A stretch of 64,000 nucleotides of DNA from Synechococcus sp. (GTDB taxonomy: Bacteria > Cyanobacteriota > Cyanobacteriia > PCC-6307 > Cyanobiaceae). The stretch covers positions 2,400,136 to 2,464,135 of the forward strand of contig JBJBDC010000001.1 of assembly GCA_047285535.1 (NCBI GenBank), given 5' to 3'. A model generated the notes under the pieces. That model ran no database searches. It had not been told where the DNA came from and saw only the letters and a program-made list of their open reading frames with translations. The position numbers and the translations under genes are program-made. Each line of letters starts with the position of its first letter. The stretch's first letter is position 1. Positions 1 through 11,079 of this stretch are shown one piece after another.

Positions 1-390
1 CAGGTGTTTAATAACGGTCAAATGGTGAGAGATTTCACTTACGTTGACGATATAGTAGAAAGTTTGACTCGTCTGCTGAATAAGCCTGCATCAGCTGACC
101 AGGACTTTAACCCTGAGGCACCCAATTCATCCACCAGTTGGGCACCTCACAGGGTATTCAATATTGGCAACTCCAATCCCACTCCGTTGATGGATTACAT
201 CCAAGCTTTGGAGCATGCTCTGGGGGTGACGGCTAAGAAGCATATGATGCCAATGCAACCAGGGGATGTACCAGCCACTGCAGCAGATACATCTGCACTG
301 AAGGCCTGGATAAACTTCAAACCAAATACTTCGGTTGAGGAGGGAGTGGCAAGGTTTGTTGGGTGGTATCGAGAGTTTTACGGCGTTTGA
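1..390 (+). CDS. NAD-dependent epimerase (UDP-glucuronate 4-epimerase-like), 5'-partial
   Basis: C-terminal motifs RDFTYVDDIVE, APHRVFNIGNS and PMQPGDVPATAAD; the ORF runs off the left edge. Confidence 0.9.
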   Translation, partial: QVFNNGQMVRDFTYVDDIVESLTRLLNKPASADQDFNPEAPNSSTSWAPHRVFNIGNSNPTPLMDYIQALEHALGVTAKKHMMPMQPGDVPATAADTSALKAWINFKPNTSVEEGVARFVGWYREFYGV

Positions 391-395
391 TCGTG

Positions 396-1757
396 ATGAA
401 TCCATTCCCTGATCTAAATGAATGCACAGTTGCGGTTATCGGCCTCGGATATGTGGGTTTACCGCTGGCCGTAGAGCTCGCTAAGCCTCAGGCTTGCGCT
501 CGCAGTGGCGAGCTTTTGCGTCGCAGTGTTATTGGCTTTGATATCAATCAGAAACGGCTAAGCGAATTGGCTGAGGGCGAGGACTGCACCAACGAAATCA
601 GTCTTGAAGAGCTGGAGTCAGCCCAATCGCTTCAGTTGAGCAGCAATCCTGAGGATCTGGCATCAGCTGATGTTTTTGTTGTCACAGTGCCCACTCCGAT
701 CGATAGCTCTAAACGCCCTGATCTAAGACCTTTGGAGAAAGCTAGTGCTTCGGTAGGTCAAGCACTAAAAGCGCGTGTTCACCAAATGCAGGTAAGAGGG
801 CAGCCCATAACAACGCCCTTGGTGATCTACGAGAGCACTGTTTATCCAGGTGCTACCGAAGAGATTTGCGTGCCGATTCTGGAGCTAAATTCAGGCCTAA
901 TTTATAATAAGGGATTTTTCTGTGGGTACAGTCCAGAAAGAATCAATCCTGGAGACAAGGAGCATAGGCTCACCAGCATCGTTAAGGTGACAAGCGGCAG
1001 CTCACCCGAGGCATCCGACTGGATTGATAGTTTTTATGGATCAATTATTTCAGCAGGAACGCATCAAGCAGTGAGCCTTAAGGTGGCAGAAGCTGCCAAA
1101 GTAATTGAAAATACCCAGCGTGATCTTAATATTGCTTTGGTAAATGAGCTTGCAATAATCTTCCAAAAGTTGGGGATTGATACGCTTGATGTGCTCGAAG
1201 CTGCTGGTAGCAAATGGAATTTTTTACCCTTTCGCCCAGGCTTAGTGGGCGGCCATTGTATCGGTGTTGATCCCTATTACCTGACTCATAAGGCGGAACA
1301 GCTTGGATATTATCCCCAAGTTGTGTTGGCAGGCCGACGCATCAATGACGGCATGGGTCAGTGGGTAGTAGAGCAGCTTGTGCTGCAGATGGTCCGTAAA
1401 GGGATGGTTATCTCTGGAGCCAAGGTGCTGTTGCTGGGGCTGAGTTTTAAGGAGAACTGCCCCGATCTACGTAATACGCGGGTGGTTGATTTGATTGCCG
1501 CTTTGCGGAGTTATGGCATGGAGCCGCTGGTAGTTGATCCGTGGGTTGATATTTCTGAAGGAAAGAATGAAGTGGGTCTTGAAGTGTTGAAAGTGATTCC
1601 CTCTGATCAACGCTTTTCAGCAGTAGTGGTGGCTTTGGCACACGATCAGTTCAAAGCAATAAGCGAGAGTCGGTGGGCTGAACTTCTTGGTCTTAACGGG
1701 GTACTTATGGATCTTAAAGGGATTGTGCCTCGTTCTTTGAATCCTGTGCGTTTATAG
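396..1757 (+). CDS. Nucleotide-sugar 6-dehydrogenase (UDP-GlcNAc/GalNAc dehydrogenase, WbpO/TviB family)
   Basis: GLGYVGLP, YESTVYPGATEE, YSPERINPGD, AEAAKVIENTQRD and catalytic GGHCIGVDPYYL; ATG at 396 follows the upstream stop. Confidence 0.93.
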   Translation: MNPFPDLNECTVAVIGLGYVGLPLAVELAKPQACARSGELLRRSVIGFDINQKRLSELAEGEDCTNEISLEELESAQSLQLSSNPEDLASADVFVVTVPTPIDSSKRPDLRPLEKASASVGQALKARVHQMQVRGQPITTPLVIYESTVYPGATEEICVPILELNSGLIYNKGFFCGYSPERINPGDKEHRLTSIVKVTSGSSPEASDWIDSFYGSIISAGTHQAVSLKVAEAAKVIENTQRDLNIALVNELAIIFQKLGIDTLDVLEAAGSKWNFLPFRPGLVGGHCIGVDPYYLTHKAEQLGYYPQVVLAGRRINDGMGQWVVEQLVLQMVRKGMVISGAKVLLLGLSFKENCPDLRNTRVVDLIAALRSYGMEPLVVDPWVDISEGKNEVGLEVLKVIPSDQRFSAVVVALAHDQFKAISESRWAELLGLNGVLMDLKGIVPRSLNPVRL

Positions 1758-1761
1758 GTCT

Positions 1762-3567
1762 ATGACATTAAAATCATCCAAATATGAAATCAATCAAAAT
1801 TACTTTTATTTATTGTGCCAGCTTTGGGGGAGCCTTAGTGGCCGCCGCCGCCGACAGTTGTTTGCGTCTTTGATTTTGATGTTGCTTAATAGTTTTGCGG
1901 AGGTCGTGAGTTTGGCTGCTGTACTCCCATTTCTGGCTGTGCTGGCAAATCCAACAGGTCTATGGAACCAGCCGCTAGTGCAGGAATGGGGACCGCAGGT
2001 TGGTATTTCCAATTCTCAAGAGCTCCTGATTCCAGTCACTCTTTTCTTTGCCGTGACAGCTTTATTGGCTGGTGCGATTCGTATGTTGAATTTATGGATA
2101 ATCAACCGTGTTACAGCAGCTATTGGCTCCGAAATCAGCTGTGAAGCGTTCCGCCGCAGCCTTTTTCAACCTTATATAACTCACGTTTCCTCTAACTCTA
2201 GCAGCTTCATCGCATCTATTGGAGCCGATGTAGGTCGGGTGATTGGTGGAGTAGTCCTTCCACTCCTGATGTTGATAAGTTCATTTACAACAGTGTTCAG
2301 CATTGCGGCTGTATTATTGACAATTGACTGGTCAATTGCTCTCAGTACATCTCTAGTGGTTTTCTTGGTTTATGCTATATCGTTGGCACAAAATCGTAAG
2401 CCCCTTAAGTTAATTGGTCAAAGTCAAAGAGTTCTTTATAAACGTTTGATCCAGACGATGCAAGAGGGGTTGGGTGCAATTCGAGATGTCCTTCTTGATG
2501 GTTCGCAAAACTTTTACTGCGAGATATACCAAAGGACAGACAACCCTATGAGACGAAACGAGGCTGATGCTCGTTTTCTTAGTTCTTATCCAAAGATGGT
2601 ACTAGAGCCTGTTGGCATTGCTGCCATTGCAGTGTTTGGCCTTCTCCTGGTAAATCAGCAGGGCGTAGGAAGGGCACTGCCGCTTCTTGGTGCTTTGGCT
2701 CTAGGGGCTCAAAGACTACTTCCAGTTGTTCAGAAGATTTACGAAAACTGGGCAGTCATGAGCACTGCTAAAGCAAGCCTCATAAAAGTTTTGAATCTGA
2801 TAAATCAGCCAATGCCTTCAGTTGATAACAGATCAGGCTTGGAACCAATGCGATTAAAGCAAAGTCTTCGTTTTGAGGGAGTGCATTTTTCTTATGGAAT
2901 TGCTTTGCCTCAAGTCCTTAAGGGCTTGGATTTCGAAATAAGGCGTGGGGAAAGAATTGGCATAGTGGGTGGTACGGGAAGCGGCAAGAGCACAACATTA
3001 GATTTGCTAATTGGACTCCTACAGCCTACTTCAGGCCGTGTATTGGTTGACACTGAAGATATTTTTAACTCAGCCTATCCGCAACGACTAGAGAGATGGC
3101 GCTCCGCTATTGCCCATGTTCCTCAGACTATTTATCTGGCCGACAGCTCAATAGCTGAGAATATTGCCTTCGGTATTCCCCGCCATTTAATTGATATTAA
3201 CTTGGTGAAGAGTGCAGCGCAACAGGCTCAAATTGCAAGTTTTATTGAGAGTACTGATGATGGCTATGAGACTTTTGCTGGAGAGAGGGGTATTCGTCTA
3301 AGTGGTGGCCAGCGGCAAAGAATAGGTATTGCACGAGCTCTTTATAAACAAGCTCAGATTTTAGTGTTTGATGAGGCTACCAGTGCCTTGGATACATTTA
3401 CTGAGCAATCTGTTATGCAAGCTATTGAAGGTTTAAGTAAAGAGCTCACGATAGTGATGATTGCTCACCGTCTTAGCACAGTTAGAAATTGCGATCGCAT
3501 AATCATGTTAAAAGATGGCTATATTGAAAAGCAGGGCAGTCCAAGCCAGATCTTGATCGAATCCTAG
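1762..3567 (+). CDS. ABC exporter, fused permease/ATPase (PglK/WlaB-like glycan flippase)
   Basis: N-terminal TM domain; Walker A GGTGSGKST, signature LSGGQRQR, Walker B ILVFDEATSALD, IAHRLST. Confidence 0.9.
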   Translation: MTLKSSKYEINQNYFYLLCQLWGSLSGRRRRQLFASLILMLLNSFAEVVSLAAVLPFLAVLANPTGLWNQPLVQEWGPQVGISNSQELLIPVTLFFAVTALLAGAIRMLNLWIINRVTAAIGSEISCEAFRRSLFQPYITHVSSNSSSFIASIGADVGRVIGGVVLPLLMLISSFTTVFSIAAVLLTIDWSIALSTSLVVFLVYAISLAQNRKPLKLIGQSQRVLYKRLIQTMQEGLGAIRDVLLDGSQNFYCEIYQRTDNPMRRNEADARFLSSYPKMVLEPVGIAAIAVFGLLLVNQQGVGRALPLLGALALGAQRLLPVVQKIYENWAVMSTAKASLIKVLNLINQPMPSVDNRSGLEPMRLKQSLRFEGVHFSYGIALPQVLKGLDFEIRRGERIGIVGGTGSGKSTTLDLLIGLLQPTSGRVLVDTEDIFNSAYPQRLERWRSAIAHVPQTIYLADSSIAENIAFGIPRHLIDINLVKSAAQQAQIASFIESTDDGYETFAGERGIRLSGGQRQRIGIARALYKQAQILVFDEATSALDTFTEQSVMQAIEGLSKELTIVMIAHRLSTVRNCDRIIMLKDGYIEKQGSPSQILIES

Positions 3568-3882
3568 GATGAAAGAATTGTTTCTTGCATGATAAAAAGC
3601 AACTCTGAATCTCTTTGCCGTAATTCTTTGCCCATCTAGTTGCTTTTTGATTGCAATGAATTCCTGGAATCCAAATTCATGCTATGCATAAATGCTAAAA
3701 TGGTTTTGAAATTTCAGATTTCGAAGACAGCTCTTGAATGGCTCCATTCGCTCGCTAGACTAAGTGATGAATCCATGCTTATTCATGTAAGGCCATATCA
3801 ATTGTTTTGTATTCTTTCTTTTTGGAGAGCTTTCTCGTCTATCCTCGGCATATTTTATTTAAATAAACCGTGACTTGAAACC

Positions 3883-4359
3883 ATGATTCATTCTGAATCG
3901 TTTATTCATGACAAATCAATTGTCGGCAAGCGGGTTTCCGTAGGGGCTCGTACAAGGATATGGGCATTTACAAATTTACTTGACGGAGCTGAAATTGGTG
4001 AGGATTGCAATGTTTGCGATCATGTATTTATAGAAGGCGATGTAAAAGTTGGAGATCGCGTAACAATAAAATGCGGAGTGCAGCTTTGGAATGGATTGAG
4101 AATTGAAGATGATGTCTTTATCGGTCCAAATGTGACATTTACAAATGATTTGTATCCACGTAGCAAGCAGTATCCAGAACATTTTCTAAACACTTATGTC
4201 AAGGCAGGTGCGTCAATTGGGGGAGGCGCAATTATATTGCCAGGCATCACAGTTGGAGCTAAGGCCATTGTAGGCGCAGGCAGTGTCGTTACAAAGTCTG
4301 TTCCTGCTAAGTCGATAGTCGCAGGAAACCCAGCGCGCTTAATTCGTATGATTGAGTGA
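3883..4359 (+). CDS. Hexapeptide-repeat sugar N-acetyltransferase (QdtC / WxcM-N-like)
   Basis: Left-handed beta-helix repeats; FIGPNVTFTNDLYPRS and VAGNPAR. Confidence 0.88.
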   Translation: MIHSESFIHDKSIVGKRVSVGARTRIWAFTNLLDGAEIGEDCNVCDHVFIEGDVKVGDRVTIKCGVQLWNGLRIEDDVFIGPNVTFTNDLYPRSKQYPEHFLNTYVKAGASIGGGAIILPGITVGAKAIVGAGSVVTKSVPAKSIVAGNPARLIRMIE

Positions 4360-4423
4360 TATGATCAAATTATAAGGTGAATATCATGAACTTAGCTGAT
4401 TTTTTGCTTTTTGAATTAAAAAA

Positions 4424-5209
4424 ATGATGTCGCAACCGTTGAATTATGAAGCCGGTAAAGATTGCTACATATCGCCAATGGCTGAAATTGAAGAAGGTGT
4501 CGTGATTGGTTCTCGAACCGTAATAGATGGAAATTCCATAACAATTAAATCCAATACACGAATAGAGACTGGATGCATCATAAGTGGAAGTGTTACAATA
4601 GGTTTAAATGCTTTGGTGCGTGCTGGATCAGTGGTTCTTCACGATGTGCCTGCCAACGCAATTGTTCAAGGGAATCCAGCTCAAGTCGTTGGATATCGTC
4701 AAGATTCTCGATCAGGTGATACGTCAGAGCCAAGGCTGATTGATGTGAATCATTATGAAAACAATAATGGTAGACCTGCTCTTGTTTCCTTAGGTGTTGG
4801 AAATTGTTCTCTTCATTTGATGAGGCGGCTAAGTGATACCCGAGGTTCTCTTTCTGTGGGAGAAGTCCAAAGAGAACTCCCTTTTCCCCCAGAAAGGTAC
4901 TTTGCAGTTTATGACGTTCCTTCCGTGGAACTTCGAGGTGAACACGCTCATAAACAATGTGAGCAATTCCTTTTATGCTTACATGGTTCTTGTCGAATAC
5001 TATTGGATGATGGCACTAATCGTTGCGAGGTAATCCTAGATAGGCCAGACGTTGGAGTTTATATGCCTTCGATGATATGGGGAACTCAGTATCGATATAC
5101 CCGTGATGCTGTTTTATTTGTTTTTGCTTCACAGGTCTATGATCCAGGTGATTATATAAGAGATTATGATGAATTTAAAATTCAAAAGTCTAGCCACGAG
5201 TTAGATTAA
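4424..5209 (+). CDS. WxcM-like fusion: short beta-helix plus cupin dTDP-4-keto-6-deoxyglucose 3,4-ketoisomerase (FdtA/QdtA-like)
   Basis: Hexapeptide repeats ending GNPA, then DTRGSLSV, RGEHAHKQCEQF and YDPGDYIRDY. Confidence 0.88.
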   Translation: MMSQPLNYEAGKDCYISPMAEIEEGVVIGSRTVIDGNSITIKSNTRIETGCIISGSVTIGLNALVRAGSVVLHDVPANAIVQGNPAQVVGYRQDSRSGDTSEPRLIDVNHYENNNGRPALVSLGVGNCSLHLMRRLSDTRGSLSVGEVQRELPFPPERYFAVYDVPSVELRGEHAHKQCEQFLLCLHGSCRILLDDGTNRCEVILDRPDVGVYMPSMIWGTQYRYTRDAVLFVFASQVYDPGDYIRDYDEFKIQKSSHELD

Positions 5210-5246
5210 TTCTTGTGCTCTAGCTTTATTCTCTCTTGAATTCTGA

Positions 5247-6368
5247 ATGTCTTCTAAGTCTAAGGTCCCATTTCTAGATCTCAAAGAATCATATCTAGAA
5301 ATCAAAGATGAGATTGATGTTGCTGTTGGGCGTGTTCTGGATTCTGGCTGGTATGTCCTCGGTGCAGAGGTAGAGGCATTCGAGTCTGAGTGGGCAGCCT
5401 ATTGCGGAGCCTCCCATGCAGTAGGCGTTGCGAACGGATTAGATGCACTTACTTTAGCTTTACGTTCATTGAATGTCGGACCTGGCGATGAAGTTATCGT
5501 GCCCTCAAATACATATATTGCCACTTGGCTTGCAGTATCGGCGGTTGGCGCGACCCCGGTGCCAGTCGAGCCTGACCCGTCTACCTACAATATTGACTTA
5601 GAGCGTCTTGAAGTCGCAATAACTCCCCGTACGCGAGCGCTGTTGCCAGTTCATCTTTATGGACAACCCGTCGATATAAATCCAATTCTAGATATTGCAC
5701 GACGCCACAAGTTGCGTGTTGTTGAAGATGCTGCTCAGGCCCACGGTGCTTTTTACAAGGGTCGTCGTATCGGCGCACATGGAGACATTGTCTGCTGGAG
5801 TTTCTATCCCGGCAAAAATTTAGGCGCTCTTGGAGATGCAGGTGCGATCACTACAAACGACGCCGAGCTGGCGGCGCGCGTGTCGATGCTACGTAACTAC
5901 GGATCGCGCCAGAAATACATCAATGAGGAAGCGGGCGTCAATTCCCGGCTAGACCCTCTGCAGGCGGCGATTCTCCGTGTCAAGCTGCAATTCTTAGATG
6001 AGTGGACAACGCGTCGTCGTGCCATTGCGAACCTGTATGAACAGGGTCTTTCTGGCAGCGGGCTGACTTTGCCTCAGGTACCCGATTGGGCAGATCCTGT
6101 CTGGCATCTGTATGTTGTGCGCAGTGTGAATCGCGATCGTCTTCAGGCGCATCTCACGGCAGAAGGCATCGGTACGTTGATCCATTACCCGATTCCGCCA
6201 CATATGCAGGTCGCCTACGCTGGCTTGGGATTTGACCCGGACGATTTGCCGCTGGCGCGGGATCTAGCCGCTCAGGTCATCAGTTTGCCGATGGGGCCAC
6301 ATCTCAATACAGAGCAGGTTGCTGGGGTCATAGAGGTGATTGCGTCTTGCGCTGAAGAGCGGGAATGA
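5247..6368 (+). CDS. DegT/DnrJ/EryC1/StrS aminotransferase (FdtB/QdtB-like)
   Basis: [19 protein letters not shown]-lysine motif [25 protein letters not shown]. Confidence 0.93.
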   Translation: MSSKSKVPFLDLKESYLEIKDEIDVAVGRVLDSGWYVLGAEVEAFESEWAAYCGASHAVGVANGLDALTLALRSLNVGPGDEVIVPSNTYIATWLAVSAVGATPVPVEPDPSTYNIDLERLEVAITPRTRALLPVHLYGQPVDINPILDIARRHKLRVVEDAAQAHGAFYKGRRIGAHGDIVCWSFYPGKNLGALGDAGAITTNDAELAARVSMLRNYGSRQKYINEEAGVNSRLDPLQAAILRVKLQFLDEWTTRRRAIANLYEQGLSGSGLTLPQVPDWADPVWHLYVVRSVNRDRLQAHLTAEGIGTLIHYPIPPHMQVAYAGLGFDPDDLPLARDLAAQVISLPMGPHLNTEQVAGVIEVIASCAEERE

Positions 6369-7366
6369 GCGATCAACTTGACATATACGGCGCCCCTGTT
6401 CTGGCCCATGGAAGTCACGCTCTACCGCGAGTCACGTTGGCGCTTTTTACCTATAAACAGCAGACCTATGTTCGCTCTGCCGTGCAAGGTGCACTTGCTC
6501 AAGATTATGAAGGGCCATTGGAAATCATTCTTTCTGATGACGGCTCGCCCGATGAAACATTTGCTGTGATGCAGCAATTAGCTCGCAGCTACAGGGGCCC
6601 GCATCATTTACGTTTGAACCGTAACAATCCGAATCTTGGCTTGTGCTCGCATGTCAATCGCGTGCTGGCCATGGCGCAAGGTGAAATCATCGTAATGGCC
6701 GCCGGAGATGACATCTCATTGCCCAGTCGTGTTACGGAAACTGTCGCGGCTTTCGCCCGCCATCCCAAAGCCATGGCTGTGTCATTCACGGATATTCAAA
6801 TTGATGATGATGGTCACGAGCTTTACATCCCACCTTCTGAAGGGTTGGAGGAGATAATTGATTTGAGCATGTTTCTTGCTGCCGGTGTACGTGCGCAAGG
6901 ACATCTGGGATTGAGTGGTGCCTCACGTGCTTTCCGTCGCGATATCTATGACCAGTTTGGTGACCTTCGATCTGATTGTCCGGCTGAGGATACTCCGTAT
7001 CTGCGTCGTGCCCTTTATCTCGGTAGTTGCGTTCGTTGCGATTGGGCTGGGATTCGCTACCGGATTCATACGTGTCAAATGTCTACGCGGAGCAATATTG
7101 CTTTAATGAATTCACAGATATTCAAGTTGCAATATCTCGATGATCTAAACACCCTTTTAGGTCTCGGCATCACAAACCTGCCACTGAAGCGCATTCGCGC
7201 TCATATTGAAGGTGAAGCTATCGAATTCGAGCTTCGTGGGCTGAGGCAATCGGGTAGGCCGCCTTATCTTTGGTTGACACTTCGCATTATCCCTGCAGCA
7301 GATTTCCGAATTCGCGAGAAACTTGGCCTTTTAAAGCGATTTCTGCTAAGGAAAGAGATCCCATGA
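6365..7366 (+). CDS. Glycosyltransferase family 2
   Basis: [22 protein letters not shown] motif; ATGA overlap with the upstream gene. Confidence 0.88.
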   Translation: MSDQLDIYGAPVLAHGSHALPRVTLALFTYKQQTYVRSAVQGALAQDYEGPLEIILSDDGSPDETFAVMQQLARSYRGPHHLRLNRNNPNLGLCSHVNRVLAMAQGEIIVMAAGDDISLPSRVTETVAAFARHPKAMAVSFTDIQIDDDGHELYIPPSEGLEEIIDLSMFLAAGVRAQGHLGLSGASRAFRRDIYDQFGDLRSDCPAEDTPYLRRALYLGSCVRCDWAGIRYRIHTCQMSTRSNIALMNSQIFKLQYLDDLNTLLGLGITNLPLKRIRAHIEGEAIEFELRGLRQSGRPPYLWLTLRIIPAADFRIREKLGLLKRFLLRKEIP

Positions 7367-7977
7367 ATCGATTTATTATTATGTTTATGCGCAAGGCCTG
7401 GTACGCAGGCAAGGATTTTTTTAGTAGTCCCAGACAATTTATTGAGACTATTGTAAATAGTCATTATTCTACTGATTATGAGCGCTGGTCATGTAATGAC
7501 AATCTGCAGGTTGGCTGGGATGAGCGTACGAAAATGATGGCTGCCTTCATTCCTTCGGGTGCTTCGGTCATCGAATTTGGATCTGGCGCCCAGGTGCTAC
7601 GAAATATCCTGCCCGAAGGGTGTAGCTATCAACCATATGACTTGGTTGCTCGCACTCCGAATACACTTGTTTGCGACTTGAATAGCTGGTACCCAGATAT
7701 TGCCGGTGATGCTGATGTAACGGTCTTTTCAGGAGTTCTGGAATATGTCCACGACCTACCGGGCTTATTTGATTGGTTACACGGATCCGTGAAGCAAATT
7801 ATTTTTAGTTATGCCACCTATGAACACACGCCAAGTCTGCTTGAGCGCCGAAAGAATGGTTGGGTTAATGATTTTACTGAAGATCAAATCTTACAACTTA
7901 CAAACCGCACGGGTTTTCATGGTGGTGCTGTTACCCGCTGGCGCGGGCATGTGATATTTGTCGTAAAGAGCTTATGA
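7363..7977 (+). CDS. Class I SAM-dependent methyltransferase
   Basis: VIEFGSG motif I and FSGVLEYVHD; ATGA overlap at 7363. Confidence 0.75.
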   Translation: MNRFIIMFMRKAWYAGKDFFSSPRQFIETIVNSHYSTDYERWSCNDNLQVGWDERTKMMAAFIPSGASVIEFGSGAQVLRNILPEGCSYQPYDLVARTPNTLVCDLNSWYPDIAGDADVTVFSGVLEYVHDLPGLFDWLHGSVKQIIFSYATYEHTPSLLERRKNGWVNDFTEDQILQLTNRTGFHGGAVTRWRGHVIFVVKSL

Positions 7978-9155
7978 AAATCACTATTTTCGGCTCTTAT
8001 AACGGCACTTCAATTGGTGACACTGCAATTCTCTTAGGGCTTCTGCACGGGATTGCACAGGCGGCCCCAGAGGCGCTGGTTACGGTGCTGACGATGGGGC
8101 CAATCGATCTGTCCCGTGATTTGTTCATGACCGGTCTGGTGCATCCTCCGCGTCTTGTGCGTGCCAATAGCCATGCAGCCGCCGAATGGCCTGTCCTTAG
8201 ATCACTTTGGTGGCGATTGAGCCATCTTGGCTTACCGCTGAATACATCGTTCAACCATATGCGTGTCTGTAAAGCGTTAATGAATCAGGATTTGTTGATC
8301 ATCGGAGGGGGGAATCTGTTGATGGATTTGTACGTAGGCAACGTTGATCTGATTGAGAATATTACGGATACCGCGAAGGCGACAGCTACGCCCTTCTGCT
8401 TCGCTGGCGTGGGCGCGGGGCCTCTCACGCAACCTTCCTCGGCGGCACGGCTTTCGGATTGCCTGGATTCAGCACAGCAAGTGATAGTGCGAGATGCGCT
8501 GTCTCATGCATTGACCGGTAGCGTTCTTCAGCACCCAGATACGCACTGCGCGCCTGACTTAGCTTTTGCCTTGCCTGCTCATGAAAGTCATTCTTCACAG
8601 CGCGATACTTTGGCAGTCAATGTCGCTGCTGTCGGAGCTTCCACATGGCCAGTGCACGATGAGTCCGGCTATGAGCGTTATCTCGACGGAATGATCCGCT
8701 TGGTTCTCAGTGCAGCGGAGAAGATTCAGCCTGCGCTTATTGAGATCATTACTACGAACCCTGAGGTCGATCAATGCGCTGCGCAGGATTTAGCCAACCG
8801 GCTGGCTGTCCAGTCTCCGCTTCCGCTGCCTGTGCGAATCCCAGATTTGCATGACGTCACTGATGTTCTCGTCGCTTTTAGACGCGCGAAGTTTGCCATT
8901 GTTACGCGATTACATGCTGGGATCATGGCCTCCTTAGCCGGGGTGCCAGTGCTACCTGTCTCCTATCAACCAAAGGTGAGAGCAGTGCTGGATGAGGTAG
9001 GTATTGCCAAGCAGGCGCTCATGCTGAATGAGCTTCAAGACCCTGATCATGTAGTAGGCGATGTGCTGGATCTTGCCATTCAGCAAGGAGCTGGCCTGCG
9101 CTCTGAGATTCGCATGCAGGTACTGGATGCGATCCGAGAGCTGTTGCCCGTTTAA
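7974..9155 (+). CDS. Polysaccharide pyruvyl transferase family protein
   Basis: GSYNGTSIGDTAIL, IIGGGNLL, GVGAGP, VRD, PDLAF, RLHAGI, SYQPKV. Confidence 0.88.
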   Translation: MKITIFGSYNGTSIGDTAILLGLLHGIAQAAPEALVTVLTMGPIDLSRDLFMTGLVHPPRLVRANSHAAAEWPVLRSLWWRLSHLGLPLNTSFNHMRVCKALMNQDLLIIGGGNLLMDLYVGNVDLIENITDTAKATATPFCFAGVGAGPLTQPSSAARLSDCLDSAQQVIVRDALSHALTGSVLQHPDTHCAPDLAFALPAHESHSSQRDTLAVNVAAVGASTWPVHDESGYERYLDGMIRLVLSAAEKIQPALIEIITTNPEVDQCAAQDLANRLAVQSPLPLPVRIPDLHDVTDVLVAFRRAKFAIVTRLHAGIMASLAGVPVLPVSYQPKVRAVLDEVGIAKQALMLNELQDPDHVVGDVLDLAIQQGAGLRSEIRMQVLDAIRELLPV

Positions 9156-9915
9156 CATGAAAGTTTATGTGATTCGATTATAGCAACTAGATATCAATTT
9201 GCTTGGAATAGTTCTATGCCTATTGTGAAATCATGAGCAGCGAAGTTGTCGTGCTCTTCGATTGATTGTTGTCGTATTTTGTAGTGGTCATTATTTATTC
9301 CATCTTGCATGTCGTCTTTGTCATCGCTAATCCCTTCATGAGACCACCAAGCAAGGTCTCATTGAGACTATTTTAAAATTTTGCATGCCGCAAACTTAAA
9401 TTAAATTACGCTTATAATTCAGCTATGAGCATAAATCATGTGATGAGATCCATGACTATTCGTTTGCGGGGTGGATTCACGATTCCCTAGCAATATTTGC
9501 ATGTTTGTAAATATCTTATTTAAAAAGCGATAATGCTTGGGGCTAGGCAAGCAAGTTTCAATCATTGCATTCATGTTTCCCAATGATTTCATCCTTGGTG
9601 ATGCTATTGTCTTTAATATTGCATTCTCTTCTCCTTGTTTCTTTTATGGATATTTCAGAGAATCTTGTATATGCATGCTGGGCTACTGTAATTTCAAATT
9701 TTTGCTAGCGCTTAAAGATCATCTAGCGGTCGGCATTCTTGCCGAAGTATCGTATGTTTACTGTCTTTCGTACCCTTAGATTCTTGTTGGTATATAATTA
9801 GTCCTTGGCAAGGATATATATGGGTTTTGGAACCATACAATATTATCGCAATTGTTCTAAAGGCATGCAAAGCAAGGACGCTTCGCCTGTTACCATATAT
9901 TAATGGGTATGATCA

Positions 9916-11079
9916 ATGGTGAATTCTTCTAAGCCATCGGTGTTGCATATTGCCGGATGGTACCCTAATCCATATGGTGGTCAAACTGAAGGGATCTTTA
10001 TTCGTAACCAGATCGACTTGTTCAGTGAAGTAATTGATGCTGATCTTGTTGTAGTTCAAGTACGAGTTGGTGATAATTTTTTCCCTTGTTATAAGCATCT
10101 CAAATTTGAAAACGGTGCTGATGGTCACTTTCTTTTTACTCGTTTCTCGAATGGCAGTAAGATTTCTAACTTCCTAAACACCCTTCTTTTGCAATATGTG
10201 TTGTTGAGAAAACGTGCTTGGAGATACCGAATATTTCACTTTCATATAGCGATCCCTAATCTTCTTCACGTAGGAGTATGGGGCAAGTTCTGGAGAAAAA
10301 AAATCATAATTTCAGAGCATTGGAGCGCCTACCATTTTAACTTTTCGCTTCAGGAGAATGTTGATAATCTTAAATTGCTTAGGCAGCCCTTTCAATACGG
10401 ATTTCCAACTTTGGTTGTCTCCGAGTCTCTGGGGCGTGATATTAGGCGTTTTTCATCAAGAAATGATTTTGCCATTGACATAATCCCTAATGCTGTACCT
10501 CGAAATGCGTATCGCGAGAGAAAGCAAAACCATGTCCCTTCTTTATTCACTGCGAATAGATGGGTTAAAATAAAAAATCCAATCCCTATGCTCAAAGGTT
10601 TAGCTAATTCAATTAGTAGGGGAAATCTTTTTTATTTACATATTGGTGGTGATGGAGTCTTGCTGCAAGAGATGAAGGATTTCGTTTTGTCAAGTAGCCT
10701 TGCAAATTTTACAATCTTTTATGGATGGATGACTCCTACACAAATATCTGAAAGGTTGAAATATTCAGATGGCCTTATATATAATTCCTACTATGAAACA
10801 TTTTCAATTGCCTGTGCGCAAGCTCTTTGTGCCGGTGTTCCTTTAATTGGTCCAGACATCCCAGCAATATGTGAATATACATCTGAAGCCAACCGCGTGA
10901 GTGTCTTAGGTCATACAAGTCAACATTGGAGTGACGCAATAAAGCAATTTACTTTGCGGTACAATTCTGGTGGATTTGATCCTTTTCAAATATCAAAAAT
11001 TGCTTGCCATCGATTTGATCCAGAGTTGATTAAGCAGAGCTACAAAGCAATCCTGAAAAGAGAGGACATTTTTATGTGA
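9916..11079 (+). CDS. Glycosyltransferase family 4
   Basis: GWYP...GIFI N-terminus, SEHWS, SYYETFSIACAQALCAGVP. Confidence 0.85.
   Translation: MVNSSKPSVLHIAGWYPNPYGGQTEGIFIRNQIDLFSEVIDADLVVVQVRVGDNFFPCYKHLKFENGADGHFLFTRFSNGSKISNFLNTLLLQYVLLRKRAWRYRIFHFHIAIPNLLHVGVWGKFWRKKIIISEHWSAYHFNFSLQENVDNLKLLRQPFQYGFPTLVVSESLGRDIRRFSSRNDFAIDIIPNAVPRNAYRERKQNHVPSLFTANRWVKIKNPIPMLKGLANSISRGNLFYLHIGGDGVLLQEMKDFVLSSSLANFTIFYGWMTPTQISERLKYSDGLIYNSYYETFSIACAQALCAGVPLIGPDIPAICEYTSEANRVSVLGHTSQHWSDAIKQFTLRYNSGGFDPFQISKIACHRFDPELIKQSYKAILKREDIFM

Noticed and set aside
9537..9779. Hydrophobic 80-aa ORF as a wzx/wzy remnant (also 3640-3873)
   Set aside because: TTG start; hydrophobicity is explained by T-rich DNA; no recognisable motif
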